Below, piece by piece: positions 27,273-40,132 of a DNA stretch of 64,000 bases. Position numbers and translations under genes: made by a program. A model generated the notes under the pieces. The model was given only the letters and a program-made list of their open reading frames with translations. It was not told the origin of the DNA and searched no databases. This DNA comes from Octopus sinensis (taxonomy: Eukaryota): assembly GCF_006345805.1 (NCBI RefSeq), contig NC_042998.1:77996001-78060000 (forward strand), given 5' to 3'. Positions within the stretch are counted from its first letter, which is position 1. The number at the start of each line of letters is the position of its first letter.

Positions 27273-27814
27273 TTGGGTTGTCCGGAAAGTTCGTGCCGAT
27301 TTTTAAAGGAAATAAAAAGGTCAATAAATACTTGCTATTACATTTTATTTCAACCAAATATGAACCATTTTGTTGCCCAATGCGTCTCCATCTTTCCTTT
27401 AACTTGAAAATACCCTCTTCCCAGAAATGAGGTGGTTTCATGATAAAGAATTCACCAATGTATCTTTTTATGTCATCCAAGGAATTGAAATTTTTACCAT
27501 TAAGTCTATTCTGCAGAGACCTGAATAAGTGGAAATTCGAAGGAGCAATATCTGGTGAATATGGAGGGCTGGGTAGCACATCACAGCCGTGCTGCAGCAA
27601 TTTTTGTCTGGTTCCCAAAGCATCAAGTGCCGAAAATGAACTTTGTTATCTTCCGTTTTAAAGGGTTACAGAATTAACACAGGTTGAAAAGATAGCTTAA
27701 ACTGTGCTCTAAATAGAGGTGTAGTCAAATCCTATTTTATGGACTCAACCATGATCTAAAATAAGTCGAAAGATAAACTACTATAAATTGGCATGAACTT
27801 TCCGGGCCACAAAA
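27273..27814 (-). mobile_element. mariner deletion derivative (~540 bp) retaining the transposase C-terminus
   Basis: PPYSPDIAPSNFHLFRSLQN...GIFKLKERWRR (mariner YSPDLAP motif). TIRs TTGGGTTGTCCGGAAAGTTCGTGCCGATTT and degenerate mirror; TA flanks. Confidence 0.9.
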
Positions 27815-28225
27815 TATATCATATACATGCGGGGCAACTCATATCAAGTTCCTTTTCGGAGCGACACACTACATCCTTACTTCGTCATTAATTTGACGTA
27901 TCAATACTGAAACATCGATGAATATCCTTCCGAAAAGGGAACTGAAATGTGTTGATTCGCTTGTCTATGACTTACTGCCAGTTGTTTTACTCCAGTGGAA
28001 TTAAGAATATATTTTCTTACGCCTAAAAACACGCAGCCGCTCCACGATCTTACTTATATAGACCAAGCTACTTCTTATTCACATTTGAATATATATATAT
28101 ATATATATCTTGACCAATCTTTGGTCGAAACATATCTAAGTTTTATCTAATTTTTATATATATATATATTATATATATATATGTGTGTATGTATATATAT
28201 ATATATGTATATATATATGTATATA

Positions 28226-28743
<518 letters not shown>

Positions 28744-28837
28744 CTGTTTCAACACACGACTTCACATAAAAAATCTTGCACAACAAATATTTAAACGTAC
28801 TATATATATATATACATACACATATATATATATATAG

Positions 28838-28890
<53 letters not shown>

Positions 28891-29057
28891 AGTGTGTGTG
28901 TGTGTGTGTGTATGTGTGTGTATAAGGGTGAGAAAACTGATATTAATTTAATTAACATCAATTTACCACCAGTAGTCTACCATATTAAAATCTGAAGGTT
29001 CGGTAAATTGTATTATATAAATATGAAAGGGTTCTCCACATAGTGGTCATCCCTCTC

Positions 29058-29093
<36 letters not shown>

Positions 29094-29449
29094 CTGTTTG
29101 TGTGTGTGTGTGCGTGTGTGTGTGTGTGTGTTTGAGTGTGAATGTGTCTGTGTGTGTGTTTGTTCGTATTAGTGTAATTACCTAGTTGGGTATAAAAATA
29201 GGCTATTTCCAAAGCAGCATTGAATCTGAGCCCTGGGCCATAAACACAGTCGGATTCCAGAATACTACCGAAATTCTGCAGGTACTTGGTGTACTCTTAT
29301 CAGACGGGTAGTCATGTTGGGTATACGGAGCATTGCATATTTTACCCAGTATCACTTTGATAGCATGCACTGCTCTCTCACTCAGTAACAATAATGATGA
29401 TAATAATAATAATAATAATAACAACAACAACAACAACAACACCACCACC

Positions 29450-29482
<33 letters not shown>

Positions 29483-29499
29483 AATAATAATGTATTTTG

Positions 29500-30420
29500 A
29501 ATTTCCCTCAAAATTAACTTAAGGAACAGTTTTCGAACACATAAACGATCAGCTTTAAAATTTATAATATCAACAACTTCTGTGAATACCTATCCTTTCC
29601 TTTCCCTCGAGTATTCGAAAATGTAAACATCCTCTTTATTCCAAGAACACTGCAGTTTTCTCTGTTCGGACAAACAAAAGATCATCTCCAGTAAATTTTA
29701 AAACTTTAATACATACAATTTTCTGTGAAAGAATTTTACCTTCCTTTTCTTTCCTTCCTTTACTCCCCGAATATACGAAAATGTAAACATCCTTTTCATT
29801 GCAAAAAGACAACCGTCTTCTTTGAACGGACATACAAACGAATACCCCCGAAAATTTAGAAACTTTAATATCATCAATTTTGTGTGAATATTTTATGTTT
29901 CCATTTTCCCTGACTAACAGAATATGTAGACATGCGTTTTATTTTAATAACACAATTAAATAATCGATAAAAAAATAAGGAGATAAACACCTGTCAATAA
30001 ATACATACTGCACAACTAGAAAAACTGTAAACCACAACAAAACTTTTAAAAAGAAAAGAAAAAGAAAAAGAATTCAGAAATTCAAAAATTTAACAAGGTG
30101 AACATCTCGTCCTCCTACTATTCCCAAAGACTGGAATACCAACAATTTCCTGTGAATATTTTAAATTTCCCTCAAAATAAAATAAGTTAGGAAATTTACA
30201 TACATATACCTTTCGAACACACAAACGATCAGCTTTAAAAAATCCTTTAATATCAACAACTTCTGCGAGTACCTATCCTTTTCTTTCTCCCTGAGTTTTC
30301 GAAAATGTAAGCATCCTTTTCATTGCAAAAGTACTACTGTATTCTCCAAATTGACAAACAAACGAACATCTCAAGAAAACTTTAAAACTTTAATAAATTA
30401 TCAAACAACGTTTCGTTCAT
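29500..30420. repeat. Degenerate tandem or clustered repeat, ~160-bp unit
   Basis: CGAAAATGTAA(A/G)CATCC at 29616, 29776 and 30300; AAACTTTAATA at 29701, 29861 and ~30384. Confidence 0.65.
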
Positions 30421-31329
30421 CGGATTTTTCTTTGTTTAGAAGAGGAGAATTTTTTGAGTAAGTGGGAAGAGAAGGAAAAGCAACGAGAGGGGAGAAAGTA
30501 GACAGAGAGATAGAGGTTTTCGGACAATCAAGAAAGAGGGAAAATACTAAAGGATAGATAGACAGACAGGGAGACAGACAGCGGATTCTTTTCAATTAGA
30601 TGTGGTCAAGCCACTGAAATTTCATTTTGCATTTTGCATTTTCTTTTCCTTCTTTCTTTTCTTTTTTCTTCTTTTTTCCTCTTCATTCTCATTGTATTCC
30701 TCTCAACATATTTGTAAATAAATAAATTTTCTCATAAGGGTTGGTAACCTTTCAAGATGTCAATTTTTGGAAGTAGGATGGGAAAGATATGATTCAAAAG
30801 AGATGTCTGTCACGAATTACATATCCAATGTACCCAAGTAACTACATTGGATATCTTTCATAATCAAAGCTAAAATGCTTCTAATATTCTTTCTCCGGTA
30901 TACGTAAGTTCTATAAGAACAACAGTTGCCAAACTCCCAATGTTACCTGATCATTTATAAAGATGAGAATCACGTTCTCAACATTGGAGCTACATTCAGA
31001 AACAGCAGTGAAAGTGTAATATGTTTTCTCTTCATCCATCATCATTACTATATTAAAGAAATAATAATAAAGTGATAAAATGATCATGAAGAAGCATGTT
31101 TGACAGACACCAAAACCATCTAGCATATATTAATGTCATCTTACATAATCTTGTTAGACAGAAATATAGCGTTCATTCGAGCATTCATTTGCATCATTTC
31201 TCCCCAGTTGTATTAGCTGTGCACAGTGTTTGTGTGAGCTAGCCATGTAATGTTCATAGTTTGTTCCATTTATAGGGGTGTTCATGCTAATAGTCTTTGT
31301 TTCTCTTTCCAATCTTTTTGACAAAATGT

Positions 31330-31670
31330 AGTTTTTCATGAAGTGTAACTGCACTGCTTTTCGGAACTTTGGGTCATTTCTTGAACATTTGTAAAAGCGG
31401 AGAATTTTAACTTGCCTTCACTGCATCTTTCTAGATGCTAGCTCAGTGGAATCTTGTGCAATTCCTCTTGTTGGATGTGTCGTCTGTGGATTCTTACACG
31501 TTGGCAGAGGTAATTGTTTGTTACACCAATGTAATTTCCCTTGCCATTGGGGAAAGTAATGCAGTATATGAGATACTGCATCTTGCAGTTCTTATCTGCA
31601 CTTACTTTGAACGAGAATCCACTTTTGAATTTTATGTGGAAACCACTATCTAAATGTTTGTAGTCGTTGT
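31330..31670 (-). pseudogene. Penelope-like element GIY-YIG endonuclease relic
   Basis: Minus frame: FKSGFSFKVSADKNCKMQYLIYCITFPNGKGNYIGVTNNYLCQRVRIHRRHIQQEELHKIPLS*HLERC (LIY..YIG..R..H). Has a stop and frameshift; missed by the ORF track. Confidence 0.8.
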
Positions 31671-31965
31671 TGTTGTTGTTGTTGCATGTTCCACATCTGC
31701 GATCTCCACATTCTTTTAGGGAGAATTCTAATTCATTCTCCGATGTGAATTTGGGTCTTGTGAGGTTTTTGTCGAGATATGTCGTCTGGAATTTCGTTTA
31801 GGGCTTTGTAGAAGGTAAAAGTAAAATTTTCTCCTCTTCTAAACAAGTCAAAAAACATCCGATTCATATAAAAGAACAACGGTACGTTCCGTTTGATAAA
31901 CGAACGCAAGCACTAATAAAGAATTATCCAAAATTCTGACTGCCTCCTTTTTCTCAATATATATA

Positions 31966-32568
31966 TTGAAAAAAGAAAAAAAGAAAATAGGGAAGGCCAA
32001 CTCTTGGTATGATAGCCATAAATGCCAGAGTGTCATGTTCGTTGACACCACCCCTGGAGGTGAACTGGCGTACCGCTTTAGAAGGATCCTAGACAAACTT
32101 AAGCTAAGGATTAAGGTTGTTGAAAAGCCAGGCAACCCTATCAAATCTATAATTGGTAGAACCTATCCTTTTAGTAGAACCACCTGTACTGATAAGTACT
32201 GTACTGTATGTAGATTTAGCCCACAAACAAACTGTAAAGCCAGAAATGTAGTCTATAGTATAAGATGTATAGAGGGACGATGCAGTAACAAGACAACGAC
32301 ATACGCAGGGGAAACGGCAAGAAGCATAGGAGAGCGGGTAAATGGACATTGGAGACAACTCAAGGAAGGTAAAAGCTCATCGATTCTGTACCAACACACC
32401 GAACAGGAACACGGGGGATCAATCAACAACATAGAAATTAAAATATTGTCCACACATAGAACAGATGCAACAATCAGACAAATTACAGAAGCTACACACA
32501 TAATGGAAAATAAACCTGGCCTGAATAGAAAACTAGAATGGAACAATAGCACACACCACAACATATGA
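31966..32568 (+). CDS. Penelope-like element C-terminal ORF fragment (GIY-YIG endonuclease), 5'-truncated
   Basis: MFVDTTPGGELA...CTDKYCTVC...NVVYSIRC...YAGETARSIGERVNGH...IRQITEATHIMENKPGLN. The predicted start is not a real ATG. Confidence 0.85.
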   Translation: MKKEKKKIGKANSWYDSHKCQSVMFVDTTPGGELAYRFRRILDKLKLRIKVVEKPGNPIKSIIGRTYPFSRTTCTDKYCTVCRFSPQTNCKARNVVYSIRCIEGRCSNKTTTYAGETARSIGERVNGHWRQLKEGKSSSILYQHTEQEHGGSINNIEIKILSTHRTDATIRQITEATHIMENKPGLNRKLEWNNSTHHNI

Positions 32569-33117
32569 CGGTAGAGGATCCCGAAAACATAATAAATACA
32601 CAGATAAATAAACAAATAGAATTAAATAACTATGTATATTTTTATTTATTTATTATTATTATTACTAGTATTGTTGTTATACATACATACATACAAGCAT
32701 ATGTAATGATAATAATAACGGGATGTAAACACATGAACAAAATAAAAATAAGAATAAACAAAAACAACAACAAAAACAAATTACATGAACGTATATAAAC
32801 AGAAGATACAAATATTACAGGCATCCCCCCACACACACACTAAATAAACATAGACGCACATAGAGATATAAGCATGCGCAAATGAAGACACACAAAAAAT
32901 TACAAAATGACTGACGGTTAGTAAGGAGAGACACAAATAAGAAAGAAAAAAACAAAGGACCACTGATGCGAGCACAAGAGTGTGACGAAAGAACTCTGGG
33001 CGAAATAAGATTAAGATTAAAATAAATAACACTGAAGCAAAGTAACACCAAATATATAGTGCGTGTGTTTTTATTGGCTAAACTGGCAAAATGACCATTC
33101 CGAAATATAACAATATA
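31990..33117 (+). mobile_element. 5'-truncated Penelope-like retroelement including 3' UTR/pseudo-LTR
   Basis: EN ORF followed by a non-coding tail shared with 28335..28743, carrying a hammerhead-like motif at 32959..33000. Confidence 0.8.
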
Positions 33118-33156
33118 TATATAAATGCGATACTCATTCTGTCTTGATACTTATGC

Positions 33157-34060
33157 TCAAATACATGGATATAGCTGTCGAATTTGTTCTATCAACTTCC
33201 CGAATATATCATCCTTAAATTCATAGCGCCACATGAATTCGATGAGATGGGTCTGAAGTAAATTTCTGGCTGTTCCACATTCTCTCCTATTTCGAGTCTT
33301 TACGTGTTTCCATAAACATTCTATGTGGTTGGTTGTGGCAAATGTTACCGGATCAACAAAATTTATAGAATGATTCACGGTCAAATGTCTGTATCCTAGC
33401 TGACTGAGTGTATTATACGAACGCCAAAGGTCGGATATTATTGTTGTACCAGGCATATACGCTCGCGTATAATCTGTAATAGAGTGTCGCTGTTCGATTT
33501 TCAACTGCCACTAAAAAATACATTCTACTATCTCTTTCTAATGCACCAAACACCCATTGCGTTTTAACCCGATGGCCAACATGATATTTTCTCTTAACAA
33601 ACGCAGTTTCATCTATTTCAACGATTCTATTGGGTCCTCCCAGTTTAATATTCTGTGCAACATAATATTCTGCACATACATCGCGGCAAAAATTCCTCCA
33701 ATCGGTTACCGCTACATTTGCTAAATGACATTCCTGTCCTATTCCTTTTGCTAAATCTTCTTTGGCCCAGTAAAACAAAATATCTATGATCTGTTGACAC
33801 TTCAATTTGCTATTTTCTAAAAATGTTCCTTTTCTAATTGACACGGATTTTCTACAAGGTCTTCCACACGACCATATTATTTCATCAGATATACTTTTTT
33901 TCGTTACTTCTCTCATGGTAGCTCCACACGATGTACATATTTTCTGGGTATTCAAAAGGCCATGTCTCTTAAGCCAATTAATGCTATCTGCTGTTGTAGC
34001 AGTGGAGACGGCAATATCGCGGTGACTAATTCCTCTTAAGCTTGGATATGCAAAAGCCAT
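33157..34060 (-). pseudogene. Merlin (IS1595/ISXO2-like DDE) transposase, two single-base deletions as assembled
   Basis: N-terminal CTSC..CGRPC zinc ribbon; VEIDE, QWVFGALER, IISDLWRSY, H.TVNHS.NFVDP, TNHIECLW motifs. Confidence 0.9.
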
Positions 34061-34293
34061 ATTAAAAATTGTTTAGCACGTGTTGATATCACACTGAAAG
34101 TTTCTAACTGAATAAATTTCAAAGTTTGATTTACGCACGTGGTGGTCAGTGGTCATTCTGATTGTGTATGTAATGCGCGGTTGATGGTCATGGGGGTTCA
34201 TTTGTGCAGATTTTGGTGTGATTTCTTTTTTAAAAACAATAATGAATAATGCAAGAATAAATATATTCTTGCATTATTCATTATTGTTTTTAT

Positions 34294-34992
34294 TGTGTGG
34301 AGCTACCATGAGAGAAGTAACGAAAAAAAGTATATCTGATGAAATAATATGGTCGTGTGGAAGACCTTGTAGAAAATCCGTGTCAATTAGAAAAGGAACA
34401 TTTTTAGAAAATAGCAAATTGAAGTGTCAACAGATCATAGATATTTTGTTTGGAGGAATTTTTGCCGCGATGTATGTGCAGAATATTATGTTGCACAGAA
34501 TATTAAACTGGGAGGACCCAATAGAATCGTTGAAATAGATGAAACTGCGTTTGTTAAGAGAAAATATCATGTTGGCCATCGGGTTAAAACGCAATGGGTG
34601 TTTGGTGCATTAGAAAGAGATAGTAGAAGATGTATTTTAGTGGCAGTTGAAAATCGAACAGCGGACACTCTATTACAGATTATACGCGAGCGTATATTGC
34701 CTGTACAACAATAATATCCGACCTTGGCGTTGTATAATACACTCAGTCAGCTAGGATACAGACATTTGACCGTGAATCATTCTATAATTTTGTTGATCCG
34801 GTAACATTTGCCACAACCAACCACATAGAATGTTATGGAAAAACACGTAAAGACTCGAAATAGGAGAGAATGTGGAACAGCCAGAAATTTACTTCAGACC
34901 CATCTCATCGAATTCATGTGGCGCTATGAATTAAGGATGATATATTCGGGAAGTTGATAGAACAAATTCGACAGCTATATCCATGTATTTGA
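34294..34992 (+). pseudogene. Inverted, 5'-truncated second copy of the Merlin transposase
   Basis: Near-identical reverse complement of ~33157..33930 with a ~70-bp internal deletion and single-base indels. Confidence 0.9.
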
Positions 34993-35744
34993 GCATAAGT
35001 ATCAAGACAGAATGAGTATCGCATTTATTTTAAACTTAACTTCAAGTTTATATTTTGATAATCTCACCGTTGAAATATGATTTGAAAATAATTTGCGTTT
35101 ATTAATTTGATATATTTGATTTTTACATTCTAAATAATTTGCGTTTATTAATTTGATATATTTGATTTTTACATTCTAAATTCATTTTTCGAAAACTTCA
35201 TGTAAAAAATAAGAGAAATGCTATTGATATTTAAAATGTATGAATTTTTTTCTGAAAAATGTACACACGTACACATTTTATATCTATTATATGTGTGTGT
35301 GTGTATCTATCTATCTATCTGTATGTATGTATATAATGTATAGTGGTTAAGAAAAAAGACCGATAGAATAAGTTCTGGGGTCGATTTGTGCGACTAAGGC
35401 GGTAAAAATACATGTATATATTTATATATATGTATGTATTAAATATATATTATATATATGTATATATACATGTATATTATAATATGTGTGTATGTATGTG
35501 ATATATATATATACATACATACATACATACATAAATACAAGCTTTTACTGCATTTCAGTGGTACGTAAATAAACGGCGTAAATAAACGAAAGACGACGTA
35601 AATACACGAAGTTGACGTCTGACGTCAGATTTCTCTACTTTCACTTCTGACACCCAAAGGCATGACAGTGCCCATATGTTTGTTAACAGTCCTGAAGATT
35701 ATTAAAATATATTACTTATTATTGAAATATATATAATGCTTTCA

Positions 35745-35905
35745 AATTTTGGCACAAAGCCAGTGATTATATTGACACTTCCCCTCTAGTATTCAACTTA
35801 TCTTATAAACTCCGAAATTCGGCCTCGGCTGCTTTGAAATCAGAACGTGTAGACAGACGAAATCCCGACAAGCATTTCGCCCTATGTACCAACGATTCTG
35901 CCATA
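35745..35905 (-). mobile_element. SINE family B, degenerate
   Basis: GGCCTCGGCTGCTTTGAAATCAGAAC...GACGAAAT...GCATTTCGCCC. Confidence 0.55.
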
Positions 35906-35930
35906 TATATGTGTGTGTATATATATGTGC

Positions 35931-36016
<86 letters not shown>

Positions 36017-36033
36017 ATATGTATATATATATA

Positions 36034-36300
36034 TTTAATCGAGCAACTTGACCCCGGGACTTATTCTTTGTAAGCCCAGTACTTATTCTATCGGTCTCTT
36101 TTGCCGAACCGCTAAGTAACGGGGACATAAACACACCAGCTTCGGTTATTAAGCAATGCTAGGGGGACAAACACATACACACAAACACACACACGCATAT
36201 ATATATATACATATATACGACGGGCTTCTTTCAGTTTCCGTCAACCGAATCCACTCACAAGGCTTTGGTCGGCTCGAGGTTATAGTAGAAGACACTTGCA
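36034..36300 (-). mobile_element. SINE family A, partial
   Basis: Similar to 21911..22300. Confidence 0.8.
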
Positions 36301-37226
36301 TGCATTTTTTATGTATGTTATGTATGTATGTATGTATGTATGTATGTGCGTATGTATGTAGGTATGTATGCATGCATGCTGGTACGTATGTATATATGTA
36401 TGACTAAATGAATGGTAAGTCGTAATTTGGTGACAGACTTGCATAATAGCGAGAAAATTAATGAGTGTATTCGAACGAAATCGTTTTTGCTATCTTGTTC
36501 CTTACAAGTAGCATAGAAACTTATTTTCGCTGTGTGTCGTCTATAAATAGTGAACAGTTGATTGTCTCGCTAGTTTCTGATAATCAACAACGCTATTGGT
36601 CACAAAAAAAAACAACGTAAAATAATGTAAATTATAAACAAGCCAATAAAAGTGTGACGGTTAGTAGATTCAGTAGCGTACCGGACACATTATCTTGCGA
36701 TATTTAGTTACGTTCCTTCAAGTGCTGTCTTATGGATTACCTCCCATCCCTACGATATTGACAAAAATAAGTAGCAAATGTCAAGTATCGTTGTCGATTA
36801 AATCGACAAATATCTTTTTCTAACAAATGTCTGGACCTGTGCCATATTAGAAGTCGATAATTAAAACTGTAAGTCTTGTGTTAGACGAACTTGCCCATTC
36901 ATTTCCCCAACTCTCCCAATTTCTCATCCTCGCGTCCGTCCAGCTCTTTCCTCTCTCGCTCTATCATCTCCACTTTCGTCCTTCTTGACCTTTCTCAAGT
37001 TTCAGTTCGTATAAGATTAACAACTAACTTGCTGAAAGAAATCAACATAGCAATTTACTACTATATCGCAACCGTAAAAATAAACACTCAGACATGTACA
37101 CATATACGTGTGATAAGAGTGTGCTTGTAAGCGTCTGTATATATATTTATGTACATGTATTCGCATAGGCACATGCATACACACACACGCACATACATAC
37201 ATATATACCAACACACACACACAAAC

Positions 37227-37286
<60 letters not shown>

Positions 37287-37713
37287 AATCTATTTATCTT
37301 CTGGAAAGCCGCTCAAAATTACAAACGATAAAAAATATGTCATTTTCCAGTTTTATCTCAAGATTTATGCCGATATGTATGTATATATGTATGTTTCTTA
37401 CCTTCCCTGGAAAATGAAGACGAGTTCACTTTTGCAGAGACCAAACTATTTTTATTTTCATATAAAATTGCTCGAGGTTACACTCCTGGGATGTTTAACT
37501 TTGTATCGTATTTATGATACATACCCTAATTAATTTTAACTTGCAATTATAAAATATTTATGGTAGCGTTATTATGTGTTATGTTACATTATTCGGTATG
37601 TATTTCCCTCGACAGATAGACGTCTGAAATGTCCTATATAAGAAATGCTACTTGGTAGTATTTTAAAAACTGATGAGTTACTTGAAATGCTTAATCTTTC
37701 GAAAACTCTAAAT

Positions 37714-38072
37714 CAGTGGTTCTCAACCGGGGTCCATATGGCCTCTGGAGGTTCATATAAGATTTTGTTGGATCCACGCAACAAAATAGTTAATCGAGGA
37801 TCTACAAATGCATTTTAAGGGCCCCTGAAAAAATTTTCCTTTAGATGTATATATGTATTGGTATGTTTTGCAAGAAACAGCTAAGTTTTTTTCTCTAACA
37901 TTTTATATTGTTCAACTTTCACAAGTTCATATTTTGAAAACAAAATAAGAATTTTGAAAGGAGTTTCTATAAAACTCGTTTTTAAATATCGAATAGCTAT
38001 GTAGGTCCAACAGAATAAAATAGTAGTCAAAAGGGGCTCACAGATAAAAAATAAATGGTCGAGAACCTCCTG
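37714..38072. mobile_element. hAT (Charlie-like) MITE
   Basis: TIR CAGTGGTTCTCAACC with degenerate mirror GGTCGAGAACCTCCTG; TSD not clearly preserved. Confidence 0.65.
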
Positions 38073-38470
38073 AAATTTTCACCAATTTTTTATCCATATC
38101 TCGATTAGTTCGAATTGGTAGCAATTAATATAGTTCATTGAGTTTCTGAACTAGTTTAATACAATTACAACCTTCTCTGTGAGTTCGGTTTGCCTTAGAA
38201 ATTACCAGATCCAACACTGCCTACGTATTTTCACATATGCTTACAAATTTGTAATATTAGTCGCATTAACAAATGCCGAAACACTGAATATTCTAGGTCG
38301 TTGAGCATTTTGTGGTTTTATGCTTCAACAGAGATCAGACGAAATGTATTGCACTTAACATATGTGTCTGAGTGCTATACTCATATACGCATGTAATAGT
38401 TATATGTGCGCACGGTGTGGGTGGCTGGGTGTGTGTACGCGTAATATAATATATATATATATAATATATA

Positions 38471-38510
<40 letters not shown>

Positions 38511-38754
38511 ATATAATTAATATATATAATATAATATAATATAATATAATATAATAAAATATAATATAAACAGCAGCTTGCAATGTTTCATCAAAATGGA
38601 ATAGACGTTAGAAACACCTACATGTTTAGAAATAAGTGCTAAAATGCTCTAACGTTGTAGTCAATTATGAGCGCTGACTACAGTGTTAGAGCATTTTAGC
38701 TGATATTTCTACCAATGTAGGTGTTTATAACGCCCTAGTCACATTTAGTGACAA

Positions 38755-38952
38755 TTCTGTCGGGTGTCCCAGATGAACCAACTTCACGGCAGGAGGTGCA
38801 GATGAGGGCAGCTGCATCGAACTCTCTCAAGCACCAAATGGCAGTTGCTAAAAAGCTTTCGTGAAGTAAAACCATATAGCAACACCAAATGGCGGTGCCC
38901 CAGCATGGCCACAGCTCATGAGCTGAAACTAGAATCAATCAATCAATCAATC
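38755..38952 (+). mobile_element. 3' end fragment of the CR1/L2-group LINE with (AATC)n tail
   Basis: Similar to 50870..51025 (CCCAGATGAACC...GGAGGTGCAGATGAGGG...GGCGGTGCCCCAGCATGGCC). Confidence 0.8.
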
Positions 38953-38977
38953 AATATATATATATATATATATACAT

Positions 38978-39501
38978 ACAACTTATAAACAAGGGTAAAA
39001 GAAAAGAATCCTAATGCCAAATATGCCGAAAATAGACAAATTGCCAATAGCCTTATAATTTATCACTATAAACACGTGTCTCGAAGTAAGCCGACAGAAA
39101 TTTCTAAAAAATTCCGTTATTATCGTATCGGTCCCAATTTCAGAGTTAATTCATAAGAATTTTCTCCTCGTCAGCGACAAATACGTAAGAAATAAATAAA
39201 ATACTTACTCACACCCATGGAAGAAGCAAGCACTAAGGTGTGCTCATGACTTCGTGCTTGCTTCTTCCATGGGTATGAGTAAGTATTTCATTTATTTCTT
39301 ACGTATTTGTCGCTGACGAGGAGAAAATTCTTACGAATTAACTCTGAAATTGGGACCGATACGATAATAACGGATTTTTTTAGAAATTTCTGTCGGCTTA
39401 CTTCGAGACGCGTGTTTAAATTATATGGTTATTGACAATTTGTCTATTTTCGCCGTAATTGGCATTAGAATTTTTTTCTTTTGCCCTTGTTTATAAGTTG
39501 T
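38978..39501. repeat. Long inverted repeat (~250-bp arms, 20-bp spacer) with degenerate hammerhead cores
   Basis: Arms 38978..39233 and 39254..39501; CTGACGA..stem..GAA core at 39313..39349 and its mirror. Confidence 0.9.
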
Positions 39502-39622
39502 TTATAAATTTTATCTTTTAAAGGTATTTTTCATATGCTGGACATTGATAAAATCTTTTTCGAAAAATTTATCCTATATTATATATATATATATATATTA
39601 TATATGATATAATATATATATG

Positions 39623-39743
<121 letters not shown>

Positions 39744-39782
39744 ATATATATATGTATATATATATATGTATATATACATATA

Positions 39783-39830
<48 letters not shown>

Positions 39831-39887
39831 CATTATTGGTGAATTGAAGAAATGGAGCTGAACGCAGATTGAACAGAAATCGTTTTA

Positions 39888-39977
39888 TTTCATTCTACAC
39901 GTGTTTCGAAAGGCACAAATTACCAAAATCCGATTGAATAATGGGACCATATTGTGTCTTTCTCTTCAGGAAGAAAA
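39888..39977 (-). ncRNA. Type-I hammerhead ribozyme motif (mirror copy)
   Basis: Exact reverse complement of 40043..40132. Confidence 0.8.
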
Positions 39978-40042
39978 AAGGAAATCCGTTGGAAAAACAA
40001 AAACAGAACAGAGGCAGAGCAAAAAACAAATCCTTTTTCCTT

Positions 40043-40132
40043 TTTTCTTCCTGAAGAGAAAGACACAATATGGTCCCATTATTCAATCGGATTTTGGTAA
40101 TTTGTGCCTTTCGAAACACGTGTAGAATGAAA
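40043..40132 (+). ncRNA. Type-I hammerhead ribozyme motif with extended stem II and palindromic stem III
   Basis: Stem I TTTTCTTC/GAATGAAA (one mismatch); CTGAAGA 40051..40057; stem II GAAAGACACAA/TTGTGCCTTTC; GAAA 40113..40116; ACACGTGT palindrome; GUA triplet with predicted cleavage after 40124. Confidence 0.8.

Noticed and set aside
33157-34992. Bacterial IS1595 contamination or recent horizontal transfer
   Set aside because: Contiguous with host-type microsatellites and retroelements, and eukaryotic Merlin explains it. Not formally excluded without a phylogeny.
37666-37705. CTGATGAG...GAAA as a hammerhead (also CTGANGA hits near 2157, 2391, 3283, 15583, 58615 and 62755)
   Set aside because: Stem II, stem III or stem I could not be formed.
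39895-40125. Two mirror ORFs (MFRKAQITK...) on opposite strands
   Set aside because: By-product of the perfect palindrome; no protein homology recognised.
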